From: Octopus sinensis
Lineage: Eukaryota
Reading direction: 5' to 3'
DNA: 64,000 bases
Assembly: GCF_006345805.1 (NCBI RefSeq)
Contig: NC_043013.1
Coordinates: forward strand, 37,572,001-37,636,000
Both the position numbers and the translations under genes were made by a program. Numbering within the stretch: position 1 is the first letter of the stretch; every line of letters begins with the position of its first letter. Below the pieces are notes generated by a model, which had not been told where the DNA came from, ran no database searches, and saw only the letters and a program-made list of their open reading frames with translations. This document shows, piece after piece, positions 39,296 to 51,650 of this stretch.

Positions 39296-39612
39296 CTCTT
39301 TTACTCTTTTAATTGTTTCAGTCATTTGACTGCGGCCATGCTGGATCACCGCCTTTATTCGAGCAAATCGACCCCAGGACTTATTCTTGGTAAGGCTAGT
39401 ACTTATTTATCGGTCTCTTTTCCGAACCGCTAATTTACGGGGACGTAAACACACCAGCATCTGTTGTCAAGTGATGTTGGGGGACAAACAGAGACACACA
39501 AACACACACACATACATACACACACACAGATATATATATACATATATACGAGGGGCTTTTTCAGTTTCCTTCTACCAAAGCGACTCAGAAGGCTTTACTC
39601 GGCCCGAGGCTA
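39296..39612 (-). mobile_element. SINE family 2, 5'-truncated copy
   Basis: Reverse complement of tail (TTTCAGTCATTTGACTGCGGCCATGCTGG), microsatellite and TAGCCTCGGGCCGA segment. Confidence 0.85.
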
Positions 39613-41170
39613 TGTGTGCATGTATGTGTGTGTATGTGCATATTTCTGTTCGTGTGTCTTTCTTTGACACCCCCACCCACTCAACTCAACATCGCTTGAC
39701 AACCGATGCTTGTGTATTTACGTCCCCGTAACTTCGCGGTTCGGCAAAAGGGACCGATTGAATACGTACCAGGCTTAAAAAAGAATACGTCTTGGGGTCA
39801 GTGTACTCGAATAAGGTGGTGCTCATGCATGGTTGCAGTCTCAATTTACTGAAACACGTAAAGGAATAAAAGAAAAAAATTATATATACATTTTTGTGTC
39901 ATACCCGTGTGTTTGGGCGTACCTGTGTGCGTTTGTGCGTATCTGCGTGTGTTAATTTATATTTATATGTATATATGTTTGTATGTGCGTATGTATGTCT
40001 AGTTACATAATTATATATTCAATCCGTAATTCAATATTCATATTCAGCAATTCATATTGTATAGAAGTGACTGTAACTATTATGATAATATGTCTAATTA
40101 TGATTCCTAGACATGTTATAAACGCTACATTAACGGATAAAGGAAAATATTTCACGGTTTTAAACTAAAACAAAATATATTCAGCAAACAAAAAGAAACG
40201 CAAACAAGCAACTTCCAGCTGTCTAGAAAATTTTAATTTAGGAACATACCTGGAATAAATGAATATTAGACATGTGAAACAGAGCATTAATTTATGAATA
40301 TATATATATATATAATATACATATACAAAACACACACACATACATACACACACACAGATATATATATACATATATACGAGGGGCTTTTTTCAGTTTCCTT
40401 CTACCAAATCCACTCAGAAGGCTTTACTCGGCCCGAGGCTATGTGTGCATGTATGTGTGTGTATGTGCATATTTCTGTTCGTGTGTCTTTCTTTGACACC
40501 CCCCCACCCACTCAACTCAACATCGCTTGACAACCGATGCTTGTGTATTTACGTCCCCGTAACTTCGCGGTTCGGCAAAAGGGACCGATTGAATACGTAC
40601 CAGGCTTAAAAAAGAATACGTCTTGGGGTCAGTGTACTCGAATAAGGTGGTGCTCATGCATGGTTGCAGTCTCAATTTACTGAAACACGTAAAGGAATAA
40701 AAGAAAAAAATTATATATACATTTTTGTGTCATACCCGTGTGTTTGGGCGTACCTGTGTGCGTTTGTGCGTATCTGCGTGTGTTAATTTATATTTATATG
40801 TATATATGTTTGTATGTGCGTATGTATGTCTAGTTACATAATTATATATTCAATCCGTAATTCAATATTCATATTCAGCAATTCATATTGTATAGAAGTG
40901 ACTGTAACTATTATGATAATATGTCTAATATGATTCCTAGACATGTTATAAACGCTACATTAACGGATAAAGGAAAATATTTCACGGTTTTAAACTAAAA
41001 CAAAATATATTCAGCAAACAAAAAAAACGCAAACAAGCAACTTCCAGCTGTCTAGAAAATTTTAATTTAGGAACATACCTGGAATAAATGAATATTAGAC
41101 ATGTGAAACAGAGCATTAATTTATGAATATATATATATATAATATATATACATATACAAAACACACACAC
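39501..41170 (+). repeat. Tandem duplication of an ~828-bp unit (39501-40328 and 40329-~41165)
   Basis: CGAGGGGCTTTTT at 39549 and 40377; text near-identical through GAGCATTAATTTATGAAT; contains SINE family 2 pieces. Confidence 0.95.
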
Positions 41171-41180
41171 ATATATATAC

Positions 41181-41288
<108 letters not shown>

Positions 41289-41559
41289 CTGTGTTTGTGA
41301 GCATAAATGCGTATGTGTGTATGTGTGGGTGTACGTTTGTGTAACAATGCATTTCTTTATCTTTACTGTTCTATATTAGTGCGCTTATCCTTGTCCTTAT
41401 GGCGAAACTGTAAGCTTGACGCTCAAAATGGCTACTGTTATTTATTTTGTTTCCTTCAGATCTTCTGCTCCATTCCTGTTATTGGCGAATGTTTTCATTC
41501 TTTTGGCATCTAAGAATATAACTGAAATATTTTTTCAAACAATCAGCTATTGTTTTCTG

Positions 41560-41810
41560 CTCTAGGCACTACCCCTCTAAATTTTGAGTGGGGGAGCCAG
41601 TCGACCCCCGTACGCAAAGGATGAAAGGCAAAGTCGACCTCGAAGGAATTTGAATTCAGAACCTAAAGACTGACAAAATACCTATTTCTTTACTACCCAA
41701 AAGGGGCTACACACAGAGGGGACAAACAAGGACAGACAAACGGATTAAGTCGATTATATCGACCCCAGTGAGTAACTGGTACTTATTTAATCGACCCCGA
41801 AAGGATGAAA
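41560..41810 (-). mobile_element. SINE family 1, 1.5 units
   Basis: AAGGATGAAAGGCAAAGTCGACCTCG..GAATTTGAATTCAGAAC is the reverse complement of the family body. Confidence 0.85.
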
Positions 41811-41954
41811 TATCTACCAAATACAGCAATTGCATATTAAAATAGAATTGCCTTATGTACTACGTAGTGAGACTGAACCCAGAACCGCAGGTTTTAAAAG
41901 CATGATTCTTAGTCACAAAGCTATGTCTACCAATATGCGGGGCACGGACATGTG

Positions 41955-42095
41955 ATGACAATCGTGCATCCCAACCACATGGTTTTCGGTTCAATTCCGG
42001 TATGTGGATACTTGAGCCAGTGCCTTATACTTTGTCCACAGTCGGACCAAAGCCTTGTGAGTAGATTTAATCGGCGGAAACTGAAAGTAACCCAT

Positions 42096-42136
<41 letters not shown>

Positions 42137-42255
42137 TATATACATATATATGTGTGTGTATGTTTGCGTGTCTGTGTTTGCCCCCACCCACCATCTCTTG
42201 AGAAATGATGCTGGTGTGTTTACGTCCCCATAAAAGAGTAAAAGAGTTAAGAGTA
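41955..42255 (+). mobile_element. SINE family 2, diverged copy
   Basis: CCAACCACATGG..GGTTCAATTCC..CCAAAGCCTTGTGAGTAGATTT..GGAAACTGAAAG, (TA)n, GATGCTGGTGTGTTTACGTCCC, AAAAGAGT tail. Confidence 0.75.
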
Positions 42256-42810
42256 TACGTATATATATATATATATATATATATATAGGTAGGTAGTTAT
42301 GTTATATTTTCTGAAGAACGTAACGCAAAAAGCTGCGTACCTGGCAAACTGCGTGGAGACAATTGTAGCGATTACAAATAAAACCCAACAGTACTTATTG
42401 ATTTCGTATATTAATTATATACTAAATTATAACAAGGCATTGGCATTATGCCTCTCCACGCGCTAAAAATAGCAACGAAGTGACGCTAACTCCACCTTAG
42501 AGACTAAAAGATAAAGCGCAGGCTGTAGTCGAGCAAAAGAAAGATAATATATTAAACCTTCGGTTAAACGTGTTCTTTATATCTTCTTACAGCCTGTTAT
42601 ATTTGGAGATCTTTTAGGTGCTGTTGGTGCCATTTGGCGTCTATTTGCAGCGCCTGGAGAATCGTTATGACGGTCCCTTGTAATAATTACTATAATTATT
42701 ATGGTATTTGTAAAACTACCTGTAAGTGTTTTATTTTCGCGCTCGCCTCCCGATAACATTTTTAATGATTTTTATCCTGTGTTGTCATTATAATACGTAC
42801 ATACATATAC

Positions 42811-42865
<55 letters not shown>

Positions 42866-42884
42866 TGTGTATGTGTGTGTTTGT

Positions 42885-43083
42885 GTGTCTGTGTTTGTCC
42901 CCCTAGCATTGCTTGACAACCGATGCTGGTGTGTTTACGTCCCCGTCACTTAGCGGTTCGGCAAAAGAGACCGATAGAATAAGTACTGGGCTTACAAAGA
43001 ATAAGTTCCGGGGTCGATTTGCTTGACTAAAGGCGGTGCTCCAGCATGGCCGCAGTCAACTGACTGAAACAAGTAAAAGAGTA
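42885..43083 (+). mobile_element. SINE family 2, 3' half starting at the microsatellite
   Basis: CTAGCATTGCTTGACAACCGATGCTGG..GGCGGTGCTCCAGCATGGCCGCAGTCAACTGACTGAAAC. Confidence 0.88.
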
Positions 43084-43997
43084 TATATATATATATGAAT
43101 ATATTGTGTGTGTGCGTGTGAATGAACATTCGCTTGAGAGAAACAACTTAAAAATTATATGAGGCAATTCAATAGGTCCAGTCACCGTGTCACCTTTGTG
43201 TCTGTTTCATATCAATGTTGTTCTGCTTACAAGTGCAAAATATTACTTCTTTGTTTCAATCATTATTAGACACAAGAAAACAACTCGTTCAACATGCCGA
43301 ATGCATAACAAACCGCAAAATACAGGACGATATTAGTAAATGTATGTTCTCGCGGGAGTACAATACACATGTGTATTTTAATGAACAGGCTTTGTAAACA
43401 GCATGGTTCTTGCCACTAAACTTGGGATATCGCATTTGAAACGGGTTCTAAGCGCGTATACGAAGTAAGAAAGGTTTGCGTTGCGTGCTGGCTTGCCCAT
43501 TACGTTTATGATATCTACTTGTATTTTCGTACATCCGTCATACATAACGCATATATACACACAGTTAGATGCACTGCTGCGTAGTTTCATGCTGTATACG
43601 TACAACTATCTATCTATCGGCTTATTTCACACTCTGTATATATTATTATCATATATCATTATATATCATATGCGTGTACGTGTGATAACACACACACACA
43701 TATATATATATGTACATATATTTAATAATATGCATATGCACATTCATACAAACAACAACATTTACACGCTTATATATATTTGATTCACACGGCTTTGCCT
43801 TCGTACGAGCGTGACGAACTATCCGTACGTATATGCATGTGATTTTGCTTATGTCCTCATATATATAACACACGCTAGCACACATATACACACGTACACA
43901 CACATATATAGATGCTTTCATATATATACATATATATCTGCTTACAATCATATATATACATAATGTATATACCTACATATATACACATATATATATT

Positions 43998-44033
<36 letters not shown>

Positions 44034-44062
44034 TATATATACATAATGTATATACTTATATA

Positions 44063-44115
<53 letters not shown>

Positions 44116-44507
44116 TATATATATACACATATATATAGATCTGATATATATATATTTATATATATTCACATATACATACTCAGGAATAACCTTTCTCACA
44201 GACATTGTGGTAGACAATACGAACGAACCTCATTTGTCTTGCGCTCGACATAAAAGTAATTATCTTCCATAAAAGACATTGCATGCAAACAAATCTCATT
44301 GCTGCATACATAAGTGCATCTCTTGTTATGCAAAACAACATGACCGTATTGATTTGCTGCTAATCTCATCCGTTCCTGGAGATTAGAAACTTTTTCCCGA
44401 TTATTCATGACTATGATGAATGTGGGTTACTATCGATTGAGTAGATAATTTTAGTTATACGTACAACCATATGTATGTATGTATGTATGTATGTATGTCT
44501 GTATATG

Positions 44508-44591
<84 letters not shown>

Positions 44592-44685
44592 ATATATATA
44601 TATATGCATTCACATATATATATATTTATATACACATTCATATCCTTATATATGTATATATATGTGCATATATATATCAGATATA

Positions 44686-44718
<33 letters not shown>

Positions 44719-45654
44719 CAGTAGATATATATGTGTGCATGTGTTCTTATCTGTGTAAATCATATATGCTATTATACGCTTGTATTTACCCATAAACCCT
44801 TGAAACATATGGTGACTTTCTGTAAGGTGTATTTTAAAACGTGTAATGGCGGACATACACGCACAAAGTGTATATGGAGTTTTGCGACGCGTCAGATCAT
44901 TCGGCAAATATTGTAGCAATATCTCTCTCAGATGCAAACATAGGGAGTAAAAGAGGGGAGGATATGGGATCTACAGCAAATGTGTGTGAGTATGTGCATG
45001 TGTGGTGTGTGAAGGTTTGTGTTTGCGTCGTATTGCACGTATGCAATAAAAAGTGTGTAGGTGTCATGTTCTTGTCTAAAGCGATTTCACTAATATTTTA
45101 AACTGAGAAATACATGCATATATATATACATCTACACACATAACACGCATATATACGTAATCCATTTGCAGTCACATACACACAAACACATATATACCTA
45201 AATACACACTTAAATACACACACTCACACACGCACACGTGCAGATATGTAATCTGTCATTTGTTTCCGACATAGGACTACAATCATGTTGTGGCACCGCC
45301 ACGAAATGTTTAGTAACACAAATCGAATTAGCAGTAATTTTATTTTTGTGCTTTCCATGGACATTTCCCCTTCTCTCTGCAAATTTCCTCTTTCATCCTT
45401 ACGATGAATAGACATGATCGAAACGTTACACACCTACACTTTCTGCATGCTGTAAAGAGTACGAACGTTTTGATATTCATCCGTTTGCTATTTCTAATTT
45501 TCGATTTGCCATTACTGACCATAGGATTGCACATAGAAAGTTAGCCTCCGAGGCACATGTTTGGGCCAGATTGTTTATGGAAAACCAGCAACCACCCATG
45601 CATACCATGCTCCCCTCTCCCTTCCACCGATGTTATCGAAGGGAAAGGCAAAAG

Positions 45655-45965
45655 CACTAGTGACATCACAGCTCATTTATTAACCTGCAAGTGGCTGTGC
45701 ACTCCATAGACATGTGTATTGTTAACGTAGTTCGCGGGGAGATTCAGTTGACACAGAGTGTGACAAGGCTGACCCTTTGAACTACAGGTACAACAGAAAC
45801 AGAGAGAAAGAGTGAGAGAAATTTGTGGTGAAAGGGTACCACTCCGCTCCCGGAGCCTCGTAGAGCTTTAGGTGCTTTCGCTCAATAAACACTCACAATG
45901 CCCGGTCTGGGAATCGAAACCGCGATCCTACGACCATTGTTCTAACCACTGGACCAGTGCGCCTT
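45655..45965 (-). mobile_element. tRNA-derived SINE (family 3)
   Basis: Minus-strand head TGGTCCAGTGGTTAG (A box) and GGTTTCGATTCC (B box); homologous to 61972-62370. Confidence 0.8.
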
Positions 45966-46199
45966 CACACACACACACACACGCGCGCATATATATATAC
46001 ATACATACATACATATATATACACATATACATACATACATATATATACATACATTATATATATATATATATATAATATATATTATATATATATATATATA
46101 ACCACTGGGCCATTGCGCCTCCACACATACCATACATACATACATACATATACTACATACATACATACATACATACATACACATACATACATACAATAA

Positions 46200-47195
46200 T
46201 AATATTAGGGAGTATGGCTCCAAACTTACAGGGAAAATTTAGATTTAGGATTAAATCAAATTTCAAAGTATAAATATATAAAATATGAATTAGAGATAAA
46301 ACCACTATTAGGCAACTCAAACAGTGATAGACATATACCAATACATAACTAACAAATAATATTAATATAATTAATATAATATATAATATATATATATAAA
46401 ATTTAAAATTAAAATATTTCATTCATTTATTTATCTTTATATATAATATAATAAGTAAAAACACTACGTACGTTTCATGGCTATAATTAAATTCGAATTA
46501 CAATTAAGTTTGAATTCAATTGAAATAAATTCGAACTAAAATTATAGTCAATCTTCAGGTTAATGATAATAGTTAAATAAATAAGCAAATAGATTTCAAC
46601 AATATTTTTTAAGAAATAAAAAAAATAATAATTTTTCTTATAAAAACTCAATATCTAAATTAGAAACTTGAAATATTAGGATTATGTTAAATATTTATTT
46701 TTAAGGTAAAAAGAATAGATAGTAATATGTATTTATCTATGAAGATATAATATGGCTTTAAAAAACATAAACTCACGAATATCCTTAACTCAGTTATAAT
46801 CCAATATTTAATTACCAAATTATTTAACAAAGTAATAACTATTCATACTTTTAGAGTTAAGTTCACATCTAATAATTATAAAATATTTAAAAATAATAAC
46901 TAAATTATTATCAACAAGTATAGAAATTAAAATCTAAAATTAACTCTATTAATAAATATACAGACATATAATGAAAACTAAATAAATTTATTAGTCTATT
47001 ATTACTTACATAAATATTAAACATTAATATAATATATTTATGAAATACATTAAAAAATTAAAGATTAAAAATCAAATTATAAACGTATAACGTATCTTAA
47101 AAGAACCGTATAACTATTTTACGATCTAATATCTCGTTGGCTAAGTAATATCTTACAAATAACGTACAGTTATAATCTAAAAGTTAAATACATTA
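46200..47195 (-). mobile_element. Penelope-like module, diverged relative of 19759-20160, with very AT-rich body
   Basis: AATATTAGGGAG..ACAGGGAAAA..AGATTTAGGATTAAATC..GAGATAAAACCACTATT aligns with the reverse complement of 20050-20160; contains a hammerhead. Confidence 0.55.
46461..46562 (-). ncRNA. Hammerhead ribozyme motif with 75-nt extended stem II
   Basis: Minus strand ttaac CTGAAGA [75-nt imperfect hairpin] GAA ACgtacGT A gtgt; stem I reduced to 2 bp. Confidence 0.55.
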
Positions 47196-47297
47196 TTTCT
47201 TGGTAGGTTCAGATGACCAAAGTCTGCTTTTGGGTGGCGTATGTTCTTAGATGATAGTAGTTTTCTTGTCTTCATGTCTATTATCATTATTATTATT

Positions 47298-47332
<35 letters not shown>

Positions 47333-47335
47333 TAA

Positions 47336-47886
47336 AGTGACAGTATGTTGTCAACCTAATGTCACAGTCCCATGAAAGGGAAGAATGCTACTGTTATTTA
47401 GCCCAAGGAAACACTGTTTCTGTTGGACTTGACACATTTCCTGCGTCCTTATGCTTACAAAGCGGAGATGAGTACCTCCACCCTGCAAAGCCAGCGCTCA
47501 GAGACTAGATTCAGAATCATTGCGCATCATCAATCTGGGGTAGCATGGCCTGATAGCTGTCGATGCTTATCCACCTTTGAAAATATATATATTTCTAGTG
47601 AAATACATTCATTCTTGAAAATAGAAATAATGTGTGAGTCCCATGAAAGGAAGAATGCTACTGTTATTTAGCCCTAAGAAACATCGTTTCCTGTTGAACT
47701 TGACATAATTTCTGTGTCTCTGGATGCTGGCTTTGCTAGTTGGGGGTGCTTGTCTCCATTTTGAAAGCATAAGAACACAGGAAATGTGTCAAGTCCAAAA
47801 GGAAACGGTTTTTCCTAGGACTAAATAACAGTAGCATTTTTCCATTTCATGGGACTGTCACATTACGTTGACAACATACTATCACT
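47336..47886. mobile_element. MITE/fold-back element with ~170-bp TIRs, possibly Kolobok-type
   Basis: 47336-47505 pairs with 47717-47886 (roughly 80% by eye); flanks TTAA / TTAT; termini AG..CT; extra internal arm copy at 47637-47705. Confidence 0.55.
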
Positions 47887-47942
47887 TTATCGTGCTGCAA
47901 CTGCACAAATCTCTCTGAGAGATTTAGAAATGTATTATTTCT

Positions 47943-48051
47943 ATCATCATCATCATCATCATCACCATCACCATCACCATCACCATCATCATCATCATCA
48001 TCATCATTATTATTATTATTATTATTATTAGATTATTATTATTATTAGAAC

Positions 48052-48108
<57 letters not shown>

Positions 48109-48170
48109 CAGTGGCAGTAGTAGCAGCAGCAACAGCAGCAGTAGTAGTAGTAATAGTAGTAGTAGTAGTG
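47943..48170 (+). repeat. Compound (CAT)n-(TAT)n-(TAG)n-(CAG)n microsatellite
   Basis: Successive trinucleotide runs differing by one base; abuts the retroelement 3' end. Confidence 0.95.
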
Positions 48171-49640
48171 GACCTACAGTTGCACAGGAAAGATCTTGCG
48201 AACGCTGAATCTTTTACGGGAATCTTGGTCGGATTGTGCAACCTCAGATAATCTGTATTTTACGTAGGTTAGTTGCCATTCCCAAAAGTGTTATCTTTTG
48301 CAATATCTAATTCTGAGACAGATTCCGTTTGTGTTAAATTGTTTCTGAGGGTTTTTCATCTGCGATCCAAGTGCTCCAATTACAATTGGTACCATTCTTG
48401 CTTTCATATTCCACATCCTCACGTCACCTATTTTCAAGTCTCCGTATTTTGCGATTTTATCGTTTTCATTATCATTGATATAATGATCTCTTGGGTTAGC
48501 TACACCAATCGACAAACCCCTCGTCCAAGTACATTTATACACCCAAGTTATGTCTGGCTCTGTATGTTCAAGAATTCCATATATCTGGCTCTTTATGCAC
48601 ATGAATTCCATATTCAAGAATTCCATATGTATTCCATATGTCAATTCCACAAGTATTTCCCCGTTTGTGTTTCTGGAACCGTCAAATTTTGTCCTGGTAC
48701 CTTTTTGTATTGCTTGGAAATTCATATTCTCTGCATAAAGACCAATGCAGGTGTATGTATACTTTGCCGTAACGATGTTAGCATTCTCTCAAGCATGTAA
48801 CAAACAATCATGGTGCTTGTCACAATTTCCATCCTCTTGCATGACCTACACTAATTTGTTTCATCTTGGATATACATATCACTTATCGAGTTTTAGCTCA
48901 GTATCTGATTCCGAGTAACCGTACACAACTTACTGTCTCTCTGTATTACGATCACCTCTTGTCAACCAATTATATGAGGATTCTGCGTTTACTTCCTTCG
49001 ATTGTCTTTTAAATTGACCGTGTTCACTTTCTCAGCTTGCAAACTGTAATTTTGTTTTGCTTTCAATACTTTGAATGCATAAGCGTCTACTTTTGGTAAG
49101 TTACTTTCAAAGTTCTCTATCCAAAGTTGACTAGCCAAGAAAAAATATCCAAGGGCATGCTTTCTCAAGTCACACAATCTTTCACACTTTAAGTCCTTCT
49201 CCTACGTCTCACGGCGTATATAGCCTTAAAACATTTGCCATTGTCAAGCATTTTCTTTCGCGTTAACCTATCTATCTTATCTATCATTTTGTTAGTTCGA
49301 TTTAAAATAGCAGCACTTTATTTAATAAACACTACAACCAAGACTTTGGCAGCTGTAATCAAGTTCTCATTCAATTTCGTTTTCAGTAGCATTTCTAACT
49401 TCTGTAGACAGAATTGCTTCACATTTCACTTCATCTCATTCGGAACTTTGGCCATCTCCACAATCCTCAGATACTTGTATCCACTATCCTCAAGGAAACC
49501 TATTAAATCTCTATCAGGTAACTGAATCCTACAACCATGTACGCATCTAGCTCTCTTCATATCAGGGTTGCACACTTTGCAATACCAAACTCCATTCTAA
49601 TCTCTTTACAGTGAACAGTTTCGAGCAGTGATTGAAACTG
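48171..49640 (-). mobile_element. Decayed R4/Dong-clade non-LTR retrotransposon 3' portion (RT C-terminus, CCHC region, restriction-like endonuclease)
   Basis: Minus-strand fragments EIRMEFGIAKCA, QLPD..GYKYLRIVE, DRLTRKKM, GEGLKSVKDCV, CRSCK, YIHLHWSLCREYEF, EPDIT..IGVANPRDHYI..DKIAKYGDL..RMWNMKARMVPIVIGALG; multiple stops and frameshifts. Confidence 0.85.
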
Positions 49641-50701
49641 TGATTTATTCTTGCCGAAGAATTTCAGAGTGATTTATAAGTCTGGTTTTTAAGTCTGTGT
49701 TTTATCATGTGTTCACTTGTGTTTCTCCTAAGGTACCATGACAATCCCAAAGACTAATGGTGAGAATAAATTAGCCGACTACTTCCAGAGCAGGGCTTTC
49801 TTAAATACAACATCAAATTTTCATTCAAACTGTATTTCTACTATCATAAGACAAAAATAAATGAGTAGAATAGATCTAGATAATCCTGACTACAGGAAAA
49901 TCATAGTTATTGTGCCTATGATCAACGTGTTTGCTGGAGGGATTGCCTTGGGTTTAAATATCAACAACACCCATCATAACAAAATAGCAATGTAGATATT
50001 ACTTGTTCTGATAATACTGGTAGGAAGTATGTCAAATTTATCTATACCATGACATGTTAAACATTTCTCTTTCTAGACTTCAACCTGACACCACAAGAAG
50101 TGAATAAGATGTTTCGTTCCAACAGTTACGGTGTATTATTAGCAGCTAAATTACTAACCTACAGAAGACTAAAATAACTCAAATAACAAATTAAAAAAAA
50201 AAACTTAAATGCCAATATGAGTGCTGGTAAGCTATAAGCCTGTTGCAGTGGAGAAAAACTGAACAGCACAACATATTAATTACTAATGATATAAGTGAAT
50301 TAAATTCCTCTCTATATGCTTGTTGTCTCCTAGCTACTAAACACGCAATGTAAAATAAATAATGTTACAGAGGGCAAGAGAGATCAAGACAGAATAGATT
50401 AGACGGCTAAATTAAAACATAGACTAGACTTTCGAGGTAACGAATTCAAATAAGATAACCCAGATGTCACTTTTAATCCTTCCAGAATAATTAAGAGTGG
50501 TGTGTGATAAGTAAGTATATCGCAAACATGAGAATAATGAGTAATATATGAAACATTACAGGGAAATGTATTTGCCTTCAATAATAAATTAAATAGGTAG
50601 AGTATATGGGTAAAAGAGGCCTTCATAAACCTTGTAAATGTTAAGCAACATTTTATAAAGCGTTATGTAGTAATAACATAAAAGTAACAGAAATATGTTG
50701 G

Positions 50702-50868
50702 GGAACTCTCTTTGATTGTGTCGAGTACGATGAAACCTTTTTGCAAATTTTGTGTAGTCCTCTGAGCAGGTATCACCAAGCTTTTGGTAAAATTTGATGC
50801 AGAATCTCTGCTCACATTGCTGTCATGTTCAATGCGACGATCACACACCACAACCATCCTTCCAAGCA
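50702..50868 (+). repeat. Inverted local duplicate of 51788-51954
   Basis: 167 bp, one mismatch by eye; ORF-track translations at 50663- and 51775+ are identical over the shared stretch. Confidence 0.92.
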
Positions 50869-50968
50869 TAAAAGTAAAACAAAAACAAGATTATGTAGGG
50901 AAAATATAAAAGGAAAATCCTTGACCCCAATACCTTACATTATTTGGTATAAATTCATGGCGTTGTAT

Positions 50969-51017
<49 letters not shown>

Positions 51018-51024
51018 TATATAT

Positions 51025-51119
<95 letters not shown>

Positions 51120-51159
51120 CACACATATATATATATAATATATATATATATATATAGGG

Positions 51160-51275
51160 AGAGTTTACGAAAAAACCAAAATACGAGGACAGGTGGTGTA
51201 CAAAACAAACAGATGCATTAGTATAACGCTCAGGAATAGAAAAAGTCTTTTACGTTTCGAGCCTACGTTCTTCTG
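51160..51275 (-). mobile_element. Penelope-like terminal fragment (third family), homologous to 54610-54765
   Basis: Shared GACAGGTG..ACAAAC(A)A..TATTAGT..ACGCTC.G..AAAAGTCTTTTACGTTTCGA.CCTACG; each follows (TA)n. Confidence 0.45.
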
Positions 51276-51650
51276 TCTATGTGTATATATACATAGATAG
51301 ATAGAGACAGACGGGCAGACAGACAGATAGATATAGATTATTGTTAAACATGAATATTTTTGACAGTAACTTTGAACTTTCGGCTCGCTAAACCGTCATC
51401 GGACTGTGTTGCACTGAAGTTAATGTTGACTTCATATTGTCTCTGTTGAGTTACAATCATTCTTGAGTTTGTGGCTCTAAGTGTTGCGGAATGGTAAATT
51501 AGCTTATAGGGTAGGCTGTGACAGAGAGGTCTTCGGGTTATATTATTGTTTAGAATTTATTCATGAACATAGAATTTGCTTCTAGCTGTGGATGCTTAGG
51601 AGTTCGCCTTAAGATCATGGGATAGTTATTGAGTGATTCAGAAATGAAAT

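Noticed and set aside
42593-42721. 129-nt AG/GT-bounded Cys-rich frame
   Set aside because: The peptide is not domain-like and its 3' half is AT-rich low complexity
43234-43341. 108-nt phase 1-1 exon candidate (QNITSLFQSLLDTRKQLVQHAEC..)
   Set aside because: Only moderate splice sites and no recognisable homolog
45395-45432. ACGATGA..GAAACGTTA hammerhead-like spacing
   Set aside because: Core mismatched at two conserved positions and no stem II pairing
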